62,786 nt of DNA, filler included, from 7 parts of 7 records of this genome joined end to end with filler, not necessarily neighbours in it; one strand, 5' to 3'; shown: positions 10,876 through 22,800, counted from the whole stretch's first letter. A program made the numbers and translations. Notes: generated by a model not told the origin, from the sequence alone.

Positions 10876-12138
10876 ATGTCAGTTATCCAGCTTGCAGGAA
10901 TAAATTACAAACAGACTCCAATTGAAATCCGTGAAAAATTATCCTTTGATGAAAACGGATGTAGAAAAATATTATCTTTTTTTAAAAAGGATAAAAGTAT
11001 ACAGGAGGCTATCTTACTTTCCACCTGCAATAGAACAGAATTTTACATCATTAAAGATGAAACCATATCATTGAACGGTCACCTGCCAAAGGTCCTTTTG
11101 GATTTAATTGGTATACCTGACTTTGATGCCGATGCGCATTTTTATAAATCAGCAGATTTCGATGCAGTCTCTCATCTGTTTAGAGTCACTGCCGGCCTGG
11201 ATTCCATGGTTGTTGGCGAGGATCAGATACTGGCACAGGTCAAGGAAGCCTACACTTTGGCTGTTGAACATGGACTGGCTGGAAAATATTTTCATAAAAT
11301 ATTTCACCAGGCCTTTCGAGTCGGCAAAAGAAGTCGTACCGAGACAAAAATAAGTTCAGGAGCTGCTTCCATTGGTTCTGTTGCAGTAGATCTTTCTAAA
11401 AAGATATTTTCCAACTTGACCGATAAAAATGTCCTCATGATTGGTGCTGGCGACATTGCACAGGTTACACTAACAAATCTCAAAAAAAGAGGTGTTAACA
11501 AACTTTTTATTACTAATCGTACAAAAAGTAAAGCTGAAAGTGTCGCCAAAGAATTCGATGCCTCCGTCATAGCTTTTGAACACCTTGAACAGGCATTGAG
11601 TAATGCTGATGTGGTTATAAGCTCTACCTCATCCAAACAAGCCATCATTTCAAATGAGATGATCCGAAATGCCATGGTGAAAAGGAAAAACAGTCCCCTT
11701 TTTCTTATTGATATTGCTGTGCCACGAGACATTGACAAATCAGTCAAAGATCTCTACAATGTATTTCTTTATGATATCGATGACCTGAAGGATATTGTTG
11801 ACAAAAATCTCCTTAAACGGCGAAACGAAATTTTAAAAGTTGAAAAAATAATCCAGGAGGAACTTGACAATTACCTGATCTGGAATGAAAAACTTCAGGT
11901 ACTGCCTACCATAAAGCAACTCCAGGAACATTTCGAAGATATACGTCAACGCGAGATTTCTCGCTATCAGAAAAATTTTGTAAAAGAAGATTGGGAAAAG
12001 ATGGATAAATTTTCCCGCAGTCTGTTAAAAAAGTTTCTGCATAGTCCAATGATTCGGTTACATGAATGTAAGGACATGACAGAGTTATGCGGACGATGTA
12101 CAATTCGGGAGGTATTTGGATTAGACGAAGATGAATAA
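10876..12138 (+). CDS. hemA: Glutamyl-tRNA reductase
   Basis: STCNRTE active site, GLDSMVVGEDQILAQVK, IGAG, DIAVPRDID. Confidence 0.97.
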   Translation: MSVIQLAGINYKQTPIEIREKLSFDENGCRKILSFFKKDKSIQEAILLSTCNRTEFYIIKDETISLNGHLPKVLLDLIGIPDFDADAHFYKSADFDAVSHLFRVTAGLDSMVVGEDQILAQVKEAYTLAVEHGLAGKYFHKIFHQAFRVGKRSRTETKISSGAASIGSVAVDLSKKIFSNLTDKNVLMIGAGDIAQVTLTNLKKRGVNKLFITNRTKSKAESVAKEFDASVIAFEHLEQALSNADVVISSTSSKQAIISNEMIRNAMVKRKNSPLFLIDIAVPRDIDKSVKDLYNVFLYDIDDLKDIVDKNLLKRRNEILKVEKIIQEELDNYLIWNEKLQVLPTIKQLQEHFEDIRQREISRYQKNFVKEDWEKMDKFSRSLLKKFLHSPMIRLHECKDMTELCGRCTIREVFGLDEDE

Positions 12139-13063
12139 AACAATTATCATTGGCACACGCGGCAGCCGTTTGGCGCTCCAACAGACAAAGATTGTCACAG
12201 AATTACTTTTACAACATAATCCCTCTCTTGATATTCAACAAACTATTATCAAAACAAAGGGGGATGCAGTTCTTGATGTTGCCCTGTCTAAAATCGGCGA
12301 CAAGGGTTTGTTTGTCAAAGAAATAGAATCGGCACTTTTAGAAAACCGAATCGACATTGCTGTCCACAGCATGAAAGATCTTCCCACAGAAAGCCCTGCT
12401 GAACTTACTATTGCAGCAATACCGAAACGAGAGGACGATCGGGACGTGCTGGTAAGTAAAAATGGTTTGACCATTGAAAATTTACCTCAAGGTGCTGTCA
12501 TTGCAACCAGTAGCCTGCGCCGGGCAGCCCAGCTTTTAGCCTACCGAAACGATTTTTCCATAACGGATATTCGGGGAAACGTTGAAACCAGGTTGCGGAA
12601 ATTTCAGCAGGATGACATGCATGGATTAATCCTGGCAATGGCCGGATTAAGAAGATTGGGCCTGTTGCAATACACGGAACACCCATTGCCTCATGATATT
12701 CTGTTACCAGCTCCGGCTCAGGGAGCGATTGCCGTTCAGGTCAGAAAAGAGGATAAGGATATTTACAACCTCGTTCAAGGTATTAATGACGAGAACAGTT
12801 TTTATGCTGTTTCAGCAGAACGTTCCTTTTTAAAAGAATTGGAAGGCGGATGCCAAACACCCCTCGCTGCTTTTTGTAATCTAAGTGAAGACGAGGTGAA
12901 AATTGAAGGCAAAGTATTAAATCTCAATGGTTCCAGATGTATCTCAGGCAACGTGACAGCGCATAAACGTGACGCGAAAAATGCCGGAATCCAGCTGGCC
13001 CATCAACTTTTAAAAAATGGTGCTAATGAAATTTTAGAGGAAATTCGTGCAAAAGACCACTAA
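12131..13063 (+). CDS. hemC: Hydroxymethylbilane synthase
   Basis: IGTRGSRLAL, GDKGLFVKEIE, AVHSMKD, TSSLRR, LEGGCQTP. Confidence 0.97.
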   Translation: MNKTIIIGTRGSRLALQQTKIVTELLLQHNPSLDIQQTIIKTKGDAVLDVALSKIGDKGLFVKEIESALLENRIDIAVHSMKDLPTESPAELTIAAIPKREDDRDVLVSKNGLTIENLPQGAVIATSSLRRAAQLLAYRNDFSITDIRGNVETRLRKFQQDDMHGLILAMAGLRRLGLLQYTEHPLPHDILLPAPAQGAIAVQVRKEDKDIYNLVQGINDENSFYAVSAERSFLKELEGGCQTPLAAFCNLSEDEVKIEGKVLNLNGSRCISGNVTAHKRDAKNAGIQLAHQLLKNGANEILEEIRAKDH

Positions 13064-14594
13064 AAAAACAGGTACAGTTTACCTGGTTGGAGCAGGCCCC
13101 GGTGATGTTGGCCTGTTAACAACCAAAGCCCTGCATTTCCTGGAACAGGCAGATGTCATTGTGTATGATTTTCTTGCCAATGAAGCCTTTTTAAAGAATA
13201 CAAAATCCAGTGCTGAAAAAATTTATGTTGGCAAACAAAGCGGTTCCCATACCCTTAGCCAGGATAAAATCAATGATCTGTTAATTGAAAAAGCAAAACA
13301 CTCAGATATTGTCGTTCGTTTAAAGGGAGGTGATCCCTTTATGTTCGGTCGTGGTGGCGAGGAGGCAGTGGCTTTACAAAAGGCACATATTCCTTTTGAA
13401 ATCATTCCCGGTGTTACCTCTGGAATAGCTGCATTAGCATATGCAGGCATTCCGGCTACACAAAGAGCTGTTGCCACATCGGTTTCCTTTATTACAGGAC
13501 ATGAAGATCCAACAAAAAACGACTCTCAACTGGACTGGCACGCCATTTCTCATATGCATGGAACGCTTGTTTTTTATATGGGAGTAAAAAATTTAAATTA
13601 TATTGTCACTCAGCTGCTTCATTACGGCCGACCTGCTGATACTCCGGTTGCTTTAATACGATATGGAACGCTGCCACAACAAAAAACAGTAACCGGAACC
13701 CTCGCAGATATTGTGGAAAAAGTGAAGGCAGCCGCCCTGCTCCCTCCTGCTCTTATTGTTGTTGGTGAGGTTGTCACTTTGCGGGATGATTTAAACTGGT
13801 TTGAAACAAAACCTCTTTTTGGCAAACGCATTGTTGTAACCCGCTCCCGTTCGCAGGCAAGCGATTTGGTTCTAAAACTCGAATCACTTGGAGCAAAAGT
13901 GATCGCTTTTCCAACGATCAAAACAGTTCCACCAGCAAACGATGAGCCTTTGAACAGAGCAATTCAGGATCTAAACCGATATTCATGGATTATCTTTACA
14001 TCCGTAAATGGCGTGGATGCGTTTATGAATAGTCTTGATAAATACGGTTTGGATGCCAGAGCCCTGTCCGGATGCCAGCTATGTAGTATTGGACCTGCTA
14101 CATCCAAACGATTACGCGATTATGGATTAAAAACAGATTTGCAGCCAAAAGAATTCGTTGCCGAGTCTGTTATTGACGAATTTAAAACAATAGATATCAC
14201 TGATAAAACAATTCTTCTTCCCCGCGCAGATATCGCGCGTGCTAACCTGCGACAAGGCCTGGAATCCCTTGGCGCTATTGTCGAAGAAGTTGTTGCTTAT
14301 CAAACCATTATCGATAAAAATCACTCACACGAGATACTGGATAAAATTAAAAACAGTGAATTTGATTTGGTTACATTTACCAGTTCCTCGACAGTTAAAA
14401 ATTTTGTCAGCCAACTGGGACAGGAAAATCTGGCGGAAATAATGAAAAATGCACAAGTCGCCTGTATTGGACCCATAACATTATCAACAGCCTCTGCCTT
14501 TGGTCTGCAAACTCATATTCAACCAGAAAGTTATACGATACCGGACCTTGTAGATGCTATCGTCACATTCTATGCAAATAATAACAATCAATAA
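13047..14594 (+). CDS. cobA: Fused uroporphyrinogen-III C-methyltransferase / uroporphyrinogen-III synthase (CobA-HemD)
   Basis: LVGAGPGD, RLKGGDPFMFGRGGEE, followed by a HemD domain (IVVTRS, FTSVNGV, FTSSSTV, IGPIT). Confidence 0.95.
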   Translation: MQKTTKKTGTVYLVGAGPGDVGLLTTKALHFLEQADVIVYDFLANEAFLKNTKSSAEKIYVGKQSGSHTLSQDKINDLLIEKAKHSDIVVRLKGGDPFMFGRGGEEAVALQKAHIPFEIIPGVTSGIAALAYAGIPATQRAVATSVSFITGHEDPTKNDSQLDWHAISHMHGTLVFYMGVKNLNYIVTQLLHYGRPADTPVALIRYGTLPQQKTVTGTLADIVEKVKAAALLPPALIVVGEVVTLRDDLNWFETKPLFGKRIVVTRSRSQASDLVLKLESLGAKVIAFPTIKTVPPANDEPLNRAIQDLNRYSWIIFTSVNGVDAFMNSLDKYGLDARALSGCQLCSIGPATSKRLRDYGLKTDLQPKEFVAESVIDEFKTIDITDKTILLPRADIARANLRQGLESLGAIVEEVVAYQTIIDKNHSHEILDKIKNSEFDLVTFTSSSTVKNFVSQLGQENLAEIMKNAQVACIGPITLSTASAFGLQTHIQPESYTIPDLVDAIVTFYANNNNQ

Positions 14595-14608
14595 ATCAGG
14601 AAAAATAT

Positions 14609-15796
14609 ATGATAGGAATATCAAAACTATATTGCGGAACAGTTGAACCCTCTGATGCGCTGCGTTACGGTCGACAATCAAAAAAACTACCTTCTCACCT
14701 CCTGCAGTTTTCAAAAGACAAAAAACCAGTTGTTGTGTGGAATACGACCCGCAGGTGTAACTTACGCTGTGTGCACTGTTATTCCGCATCCCAAAACCTG
14801 GATTATAAAGGCGAGTTATCAACACAGGAAGGATTCGAACTGATAGATGATCTGTCCACTTTTGGAGCACCGGTTGTCCTTTTTTCAGGTGGCGAACCCT
14901 TGATGCGTCCGGATTTAATCCAGCTTGCCGAACACGCCACAAAAAAAGGCATGAGAGCCGTCATTTCCACGAATGGCACATTAATCACCCGCGAAAAAGC
15001 CAAAGAGCTTAAAGATGTAGGCTTATCTTACGTCGGTGTCAGCCTGGATGGTATAGGCGAAACCAATGATCGCTTCCGTGGCCTCAAGGGTGCATTTGAA
15101 CAGGCATTGCAGGGAATAAAGAACTGTCAGGCTGAAGATATCAAAGTCGGCCTCAGATTTACCATAAATAAGCGTAATTTCCAGGATATACCTGGAATTT
15201 TCAAATTACTGGAAAAAGAAAACATTCCACGAGTTTGTTTTTATCATTTGGTCTATGCCGGACGAGGATCTAAACTTGTCGAAGAAGATCTGGATTACAA
15301 AGAATCCCGTCAGGTAGTCGATCAAATAATTGATTTAACAGCTGACCTGCACAAAAGAGGATTAGCAAAAGAAGTACTCACTGTCGATAATCATGCAGAT
15401 GGTGTTTATCTCTATTTAAGGCTATTAAAAGAAGACCCGGACCGGGCTGCTAACGTGATGGAACTGCTTGAGATGAACGGTGGAAACAGTTCCGGAAATG
15501 GCATTGGTTGCGTAAGCTGGGATGGTGAAATCTATGCAGACCAATTCTGGCGTCACAATCCATTAGGTAATATTCGCGAACGTAAATTTAGCGAGGTCTG
15601 GACAGATATTTCCAATCCTCTTATGGGCAAGCTAAAGAATAAAATACCACACCTGAAGGGACGCTGTGGTGCCTGCCAGTGGAAGCATGTTTGTGGTGGA
15701 AATTTTCGCGTGCGGGCTGAGGCTGTTACCGGTGACGTATGGGCTGCCGATCCAGCCTGTTATTTAACAGACGAGGAAATTGGCTTAACAAAATAA
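14609..15796 (+). CDS. ahbC: Radical SAM/SPASM 12,18-didecarboxysiroheme deacetylase (AhbC/NirJ1)
   Basis: N-terminus MIGISKLYCG..DALRYGR, CNLRCVHC, FSGGEPL, LTVDNHADG, C-terminal CGAC..VCGG..R..DPACYL. Lies inside the haem operon. Confidence 0.88.
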   Translation: MIGISKLYCGTVEPSDALRYGRQSKKLPSHLLQFSKDKKPVVVWNTTRRCNLRCVHCYSASQNLDYKGELSTQEGFELIDDLSTFGAPVVLFSGGEPLMRPDLIQLAEHATKKGMRAVISTNGTLITREKAKELKDVGLSYVGVSLDGIGETNDRFRGLKGAFEQALQGIKNCQAEDIKVGLRFTINKRNFQDIPGIFKLLEKENIPRVCFYHLVYAGRGSKLVEEDLDYKESRQVVDQIIDLTADLHKRGLAKEVLTVDNHADGVYLYLRLLKEDPDRAANVMELLEMNGGNSSGNGIGCVSWDGEIYADQFWRHNPLGNIRERKFSEVWTDISNPLMGKLKNKIPHLKGRCGACQWKHVCGGNFRVRAEAVTGDVWAADPACYLTDEEIGLTK

Positions 15797-15807
15797 ACAG
15801 TTTTTAA

Positions 15808-16806
<999 letters not shown>

Positions 16807-16914
16807 GATTTTACTCATTTTTCATATATAGCAAATTGTAACTATATTATTCGACCGATTCCATATTCACTAATTGAGGATACAGCATTTGAAAGAGCAT
16901 ATATCACATTCTTT

Positions 16915-17014
16915 NNNNNNNNNNNNNNNNNNNNNNNNNNNNNNNNNNNNNNNNNNNNTTAATTAATTAANNNNNNNNNNNNNNNNNNNNNNNNNNNNNN
17001 NNNNNNNNNNNNNN
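16915..17014. other. Artificial contig spacer
   Basis: 44 N + TTAATTAATTAA (stops in all six frames) + 44 N. Confidence 0.98.
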
Positions 17015-17015
17015 A

Positions 17016-17675
<660 letters not shown>

Positions 17676-17712
17676 AACTAAAACAAATACAATAAAGAAT
17701 ATTTATATAGAC

Positions 17713-17758
17713 AAAAATAACAGCCAAACTGTCCTAGTGGACTGGCTGTTATTTTTTT
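17713..17758 (+). terminator. Intrinsic terminator after kdsA
   Basis: AAAAATAACAGCCA...TGGCTGTTATTTTTTT. Confidence 0.85.
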
Positions 17759-17808
17759 ATTTGTTAAATTATACAAAAAAATCATTTAAAATCAAGGGAT
17801 GTTTTATA

Positions 17809-17837
17809 TTGACATAAAACTAAAATAATAGTAAAAT
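17809..17837 (+). promoter_or_regulatory. Sigma70 promoter for the NSS transporter leader
   Basis: TTGACA-17 bp-TAAAAT, predicted start site near 17844. Confidence 0.8.
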
Positions 17838-17843
17838 AAAATC

Positions 17844-18187
17844 TACGTAAAATTGTCTGATATAAATGGTTTAATGTGGTCTAAAGAGGATTGTCTTAAT
17901 AATGTAATATTAATACTAAAATTTGTGGTAAAATTCTAGTATTATTCTTTATTATTTTATAAGCATTAGATCATAACCCTAGTTAACTAAGGAGTATATT
18001 TTTTATTATGTTCTTTTTATTCAACTATGGTTATTTTTTATATGCTTATTTTTATTTTAATAGACCCTTTTAAAGAGTTTTGCATAATAAATAATCAAAA
18101 TATCCTTATGCAAAGATCTTATTTAGAATTGAGAAGCTATAGTAACCAAATATACAAACAGGCAAAACAATATATTGAAAGGGTGAA
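17844..18187 (+). promoter_or_regulatory. Candidate structured 5' leader / cis-regulatory RNA
   Basis: Nested helices GGTCTA/TAGACC, ATAAGCAT/ATGCTTAT, ATAACC/GGTTAT, TAGTT/AACTA, AAGGAGTATA/TATGTTCTTT, a side hairpin 17911-17944 and a hairpin 18073-18120. Confidence 0.55.
18008..18073 (+). CDS. Putative Phe/Tyr-rich leader peptide MFFLFNYGYFLYAYFYFNRPF
   Basis: 21 codons, 7 Phe and 5 Tyr. AAGGAG at 17989-17994 lies 13 nt upstream. T-rich DNA can produce such codons by chance. Confidence 0.4.
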   Translation: MFFLFNYGYFLYAYFYFNRPF

Positions 18188-19690
18188 ATGATGGAAAAGA
18201 AAAGAGATGAATGGGGCTCGAGGATTGGGTTCATAATGGCGGCTATTGGTTCAGCAATAGGTTTAGGAAACATTTGGAGATTTCCTTATACTGCAGCAAG
18301 TAACGGAGGAGGGGCATTCCTTATTCCTTATTTAGTGGCACTTCTAACAGCTGGGATACCTTTGCTAATATTAGAATTTGGTTTAGGGCACAAAATTAGA
18401 TCAAGTGCACCTGGTGTATTTGAAAAACTTAATAAAAAATGGAGAATTCTTGGTTGGTGGCAGACGGCTATATCATTTGGAATTACAGTTTATTATGTGG
18501 CAGTAATTGCGTGGGCAATGAGTTATGTTGTATTTTCATTTGGTATGAAATGGGGAAGTGATCCAAAAGCCTTCCTATTTGGAGATTACCTTGGTTTAAC
18601 TGCATCACCACTTATAATTGGCGGCCTTAACCTTAAAGTAGTTATTCCATTATTATTAGTATGGGGAGTTAACTACGTAGTACTTTCTATGGGAATTAAA
18701 GATGGAATAGAAAAAGCAAATAAGATATTCATGCCATTATTAATTGCGGCACTTTTAATTGTTACAGTTAGAGGATTAACTCTTCCTGGAGCTATGAAAG
18801 GTTTAGAATATTTCTTCGCACCAAACTTCTCAAAACTACTTGATGCAAAAGTTTGGATAGCGGCATATGGTCAAATTTTCTACTCTTTAAGTATCTGTTT
18901 TGGAATTATGCTAGCTTACTCTAGTTACTTACCAAAAGATTCAGATATAGTAAACAATGCATTTATTACTGGTTTTGGAAACTGTAGTTTCAGTTTATTA
19001 TCTGGAATAGCAGTATTCTCAGTATTAGGATATATGGCTACTCAACAAGGTGTAGAGGTTAGTGAAGTTGCCAGTGCAGGTGTAGGACTTGCCTTTATTG
19101 TATTCCCAAAAGCTATAAATGCTTTACCTGGAATGAATAGCTTATTTGGAGCGATATTCTTCTTATCACTACTATTTGCTGGATTCTCATCTAGTATCTC
19201 AATTGTTGAGACAGTAGTAGCAGCGGTAACTGATAGATTTAATATAGATAGAAAAAAAGGATTAAACTACGTAGTTGGTTTAGGTCTTTTAGTTTCATTA
19301 GTATTTGCAACTGGAGCTGGGCTTTATATTCTTGACATTGCAGATTACTTCATTAATAACTACGGAATCGCTATCTCGGGACTTATTGAGATTATTTTAG
19401 TATCATGGTTCTTTAACTTAGAAAGTATCAGAGAGTATGTTAATCCAATCTCTGACTTTACAGTTGGTAGATGGTGGAACTTTATGCTTAAATTCTTAAC
19501 TCCGGCATTGCTTGGATATATGACTATCAAAAAAATACTTGTAGATATTCAAAAACCTTATGAAGGTTACCCTTGGTCAGCAATATTCCTGTATGGTATG
19601 GGAGTATTAGCACTTACTATGATTTTCGCATTTATCTTTGATAAAATGAGTGAAAGAAGAGAAGAAAGGAAGGAAGGGAAAACAGTATGA
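18188..19690 (+). CDS. Sodium-dependent amino-acid transporter, NSS/SNF family
   Basis: R..WGSRIGFIMAAIGSAIGLGNIWRFPY, GGGAFLIPY, QIFYSLS, GVGLAFIVFP. Confidence 0.95.
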   Translation: MMEKKRDEWGSRIGFIMAAIGSAIGLGNIWRFPYTAASNGGGAFLIPYLVALLTAGIPLLILEFGLGHKIRSSAPGVFEKLNKKWRILGWWQTAISFGITVYYVAVIAWAMSYVVFSFGMKWGSDPKAFLFGDYLGLTASPLIIGGLNLKVVIPLLLVWGVNYVVLSMGIKDGIEKANKIFMPLLIAALLIVTVRGLTLPGAMKGLEYFFAPNFSKLLDAKVWIAAYGQIFYSLSICFGIMLAYSSYLPKDSDIVNNAFITGFGNCSFSLLSGIAVFSVLGYMATQQGVEVSEVASAGVGLAFIVFPKAINALPGMNSLFGAIFFLSLLFAGFSSSISIVETVVAAVTDRFNIDRKKGLNYVVGLGLLVSLVFATGAGLYILDIADYFINNYGIAISGLIEIILVSWFFNLESIREYVNPISDFTVGRWWNFMLKFLTPALLGYMTIKKILVDIQKPYEGYPWSAIFLYGMGVLALTMIFAFIFDKMSERREERKEGKTV

Positions 19691-19785
19691 GTACAGGAGC
19701 AATAGTTGTAGCGTTAATTAGTTGCGGAGTTCTTTGGGGCGGATTTGCATTTTGTCTTTCAATAGCATTAAAAAAAGATAACTAA
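19687..19785 (+). CDS. MetS-family small subunit of the NSS transporter (32 aa)
   Basis: MSTGAIVVALISCGVLWGGFAFCLSIALKKDN. ATGA overlap with the transporter stop, single TM helix with LWGG motif. Below the ORF-track size cutoff. Confidence 0.85.
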   Translation: MSTGAIVVALISCGVLWGGFAFCLSIALKKDN

Positions 19786-19800
19786 TAAAATAGTTTAATA

Positions 19801-19837
19801 TCAAAAACCACAGGAGAAATTTTCCTGTGGTTTTTGA
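19801..19837. terminator. Bidirectional terminator
   Basis: TCAAAAACCACAGGA-GAAATTT-TCCTGTGGTTTTTGA between convergent genes. Confidence 0.85.
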
Positions 19838-19864
19838 TTTGATTTTCTTAAAAATTTTCTTTTT

Positions 19865-22800
19865 TTAAAGTTCATAATTTCTTGGAAGTTTAATAAAAAA
19901 GTTGTTCCATTTCCTATTTCACTTTCAAACCAAATTTTACCGCGATGTTTATCAATTATTTTTTTTACTATTCCAAGTCCAAGCCCGGTTCCCTCTCCTT
20001 CTGGTTTAGTAGTAAAGAAAGGTTCAAATATCTTAGCTTTTATATTTTCCGGAATACCTGCACCACTATCAGAGATAGCTACAGTTTGTGTTTTCTCATT
20101 TTCCGAAATCTTGATTCTCAGTGTTCCATCATAATTCATAGCTTGTAAAGCGTTATGAATAAGGTTAGTCCATACTTGGTTTAGTTCATCTTGGAATCCG
20201 GTTATATCGGAGATATTTTCATCATATTCTCTAATCAAATCGATGTCATGTTTAATTTTATTATGATAAATTATAAGTACAGTTTCAATACCATCTTTTA
20301 TATTTATAGTTTTCATCTCTTCACTGCTGCTAACTCTGGCATAAGATCTTAGTGCATAAACTATTTTAGATGCAGCTTGTACTGAATCTTCTATGACTTT
20401 TGTACTCTGCATAGAAGAGATCATATTATAAGCGGCTTCAAAGCTAAATTCATTAAGATCACTTAATGCAAGTGGTAGAAATCTTTCAATATCTGAAGTA
20501 TCAAAGATTCCTAAGCCAGCAAATCTTTCAGATATTTTTCGTGAATTTTCTATACCTTTTTTATCCAAAAATGCTTTTATCTCTCTTCGTTTAACACGAA
20601 TTTCCTTTGTAGTAATGGTAATTTTACTTTTAATTCCAACAATAATTAAGTCGATGAATAAAGCTATCTCTTCCTCACTTTGTAGTTTAATTAGTGCAGG
20701 CATAATTCTAGGAAGTTCCTCTAAACTATATCTGATATTTTCAGCTGAGGATTTAATAGCTCCAATTGGAGTATTTATCTCGTGGGCAACGCTGGTTATA
20801 AGTTGTCCTAAAGCTGCCATTTTTTCAGAACGAACCATTTGACTTTCAACATTTTTTCTCTCATTGATATTTTGGTTAATACCAAACATTCTAACAGGAT
20901 TTCCCTTTTCATCTTTTTCCATAATTTTAAGTATAGAGTTAATCCATGAGTAACTATCGCCTTCCAATTGAACCCTAAACTCTTCATTGAAAATTTCTGT
21001 TTTACCACTTAAATGTTCATCGATAGCATTTTTAATTTTTCCTTTGTCATCTACATGTAAAAAATTTAGGTATTCTTCTATAGTCATAGCTGAGTTAATT
21101 CCAGCTCGCATTGAAGTACCTAATTTAACTATATTTTCTTTGATATTCCATACTATAGGAATTAAATTAGCTCCTTCTATTGTGAGCTTCATTCTTTCAT
21201 TTGCTTCTTTTAATGAACTATTCTGCTTATCAATTTCTTCATAATATTTGGCATTAATCATTGCAATTACAGCATTTCTAGAGAAGAGCTTTGCAACTTC
21301 TATATCTTCATCTGAAAAAGAGTTTTCATTATTACTGTTAATGTTAATTATACCAATTATTTCATCTTTAAATACAAGAGGAACCATTATAAATGACTTG
21401 ATTTCTTCAATTCCTTTTCCAAACTTTTTCCCTTCAATTTCCTGTAAATTTTTAATATACTTTATTTTTTTATTTTTATTAATTTCGTCAAAGAAGAAAA
21501 AATTATCTTTTGGAATTTTTAAGTTAACATTTTCTGGTATTGCCAATAGACCTCCATTTGCAATGATTTTAAGAGAATTATTTTCAACTATGAATATATC
21601 TACTCCATCAACATCTAGTAGCTCAATCAAACTTTTTATAATTAGCTGCATTATATTATCTAAATCCCTAGCGGAGGTCATTTCATTAAAAAGTTCGTTT
21701 ATTTTAATAGCGATATTTTTCTGTTTCTCCTCTTTTATTAATAAAGATTCAATTTCACTGTAGTTTTTAGCATTCATTATAGCAATAACAGCATTTTTAC
21801 TCAATGTTTCAACTATTTCAAAATTTTCCTTTGGAAAAGGTTTGACTTCATCGTGGCATATAGAGAGCATTCCAATAATTTCATTCTTTGAGAGTAGTGG
21901 AACAAGAATAAGAGTTTTTATTTTGTCAACGCTGTTACCATATTTTTCAGCATCGATATCTTGTATATTCTCTATGTATATAATCTCTTTTTTAGCATGA
22001 AATGTTTTGCTAAAAAATAATTTATCTTTTGGAATAATTGTTCCAACAGCGTTTTCATATACCTGTCTACCACCACTGGCAGAGAGGATGTAGTTTTCAT
22101 TATCTTTAATAAATATATCAACAAACTGACAATCGATAACCTCTAGTATACTTTCGGAGATGATTTCAAGTACTGTGTCCAAGTCTCTTGATGAAATAAT
22201 CTTAGCAAATACTTTATTTTGTTTTATAGCCAAAGCTTTTTGTTTTTGTTCAATAAGCAGATGTTCTTCAACCTCTTTGTTTAATTTAGAGAGTTTATTA
22301 TTAAATTTTTTCGAATTAATAATTTGAAATATGAGTACTGATAAAATTATTGAAACTGCAATAGCAAGATAAATAAACAAAGTATAATCAAAACCATCGG
22401 TGTAATTAATAGCTACCCATCTGTCAAGTATCCCACTTTTTTCTTCATCAGAAAGTGAGTTAAGGTATTTCTGCATAATTGAGTTTAGTAGAGGTTCGTC
22501 TTTTTTAGAGGCAATAGACATATCTAGATTAAAATCAAATTTTCCGGCGATTTTTAAGTTATTTATTGACATTTTTTTTAGAAAATAAGCCATAACTGGT
22601 AGAGTATCTATAAATCCAAAAAGTTCACCACTTTCTACTCTATCTATACCATCAATAGGAGAGTCTACATCAACTATATTTAGCGCAGGGTCTTTTTTAA
22701 GTAAGCCTTTTTTATGTGCATAGTTTTTAACTACTCCAACCTTTCTTGAGCCAATATCTTTTAGGTTTTTAACAAAAAACTCTTTATGTTTTGTAATGAT

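Noticed and set aside
17878-17940. AGAGG and TGTGGTAAAA as lysine-riboswitch or T-box motifs
   Set aside because: The remaining consensus elements are missing, and the T-box-like sequence is at the wrong end of the leader with no terminator following.
19801-19864. C-terminal extension of the kinase ORF through the terminator
   Set aside because: Produced by the frameshift near 19895. The corrected frame ends GTTFFIKLPRNYEL* at 19865.
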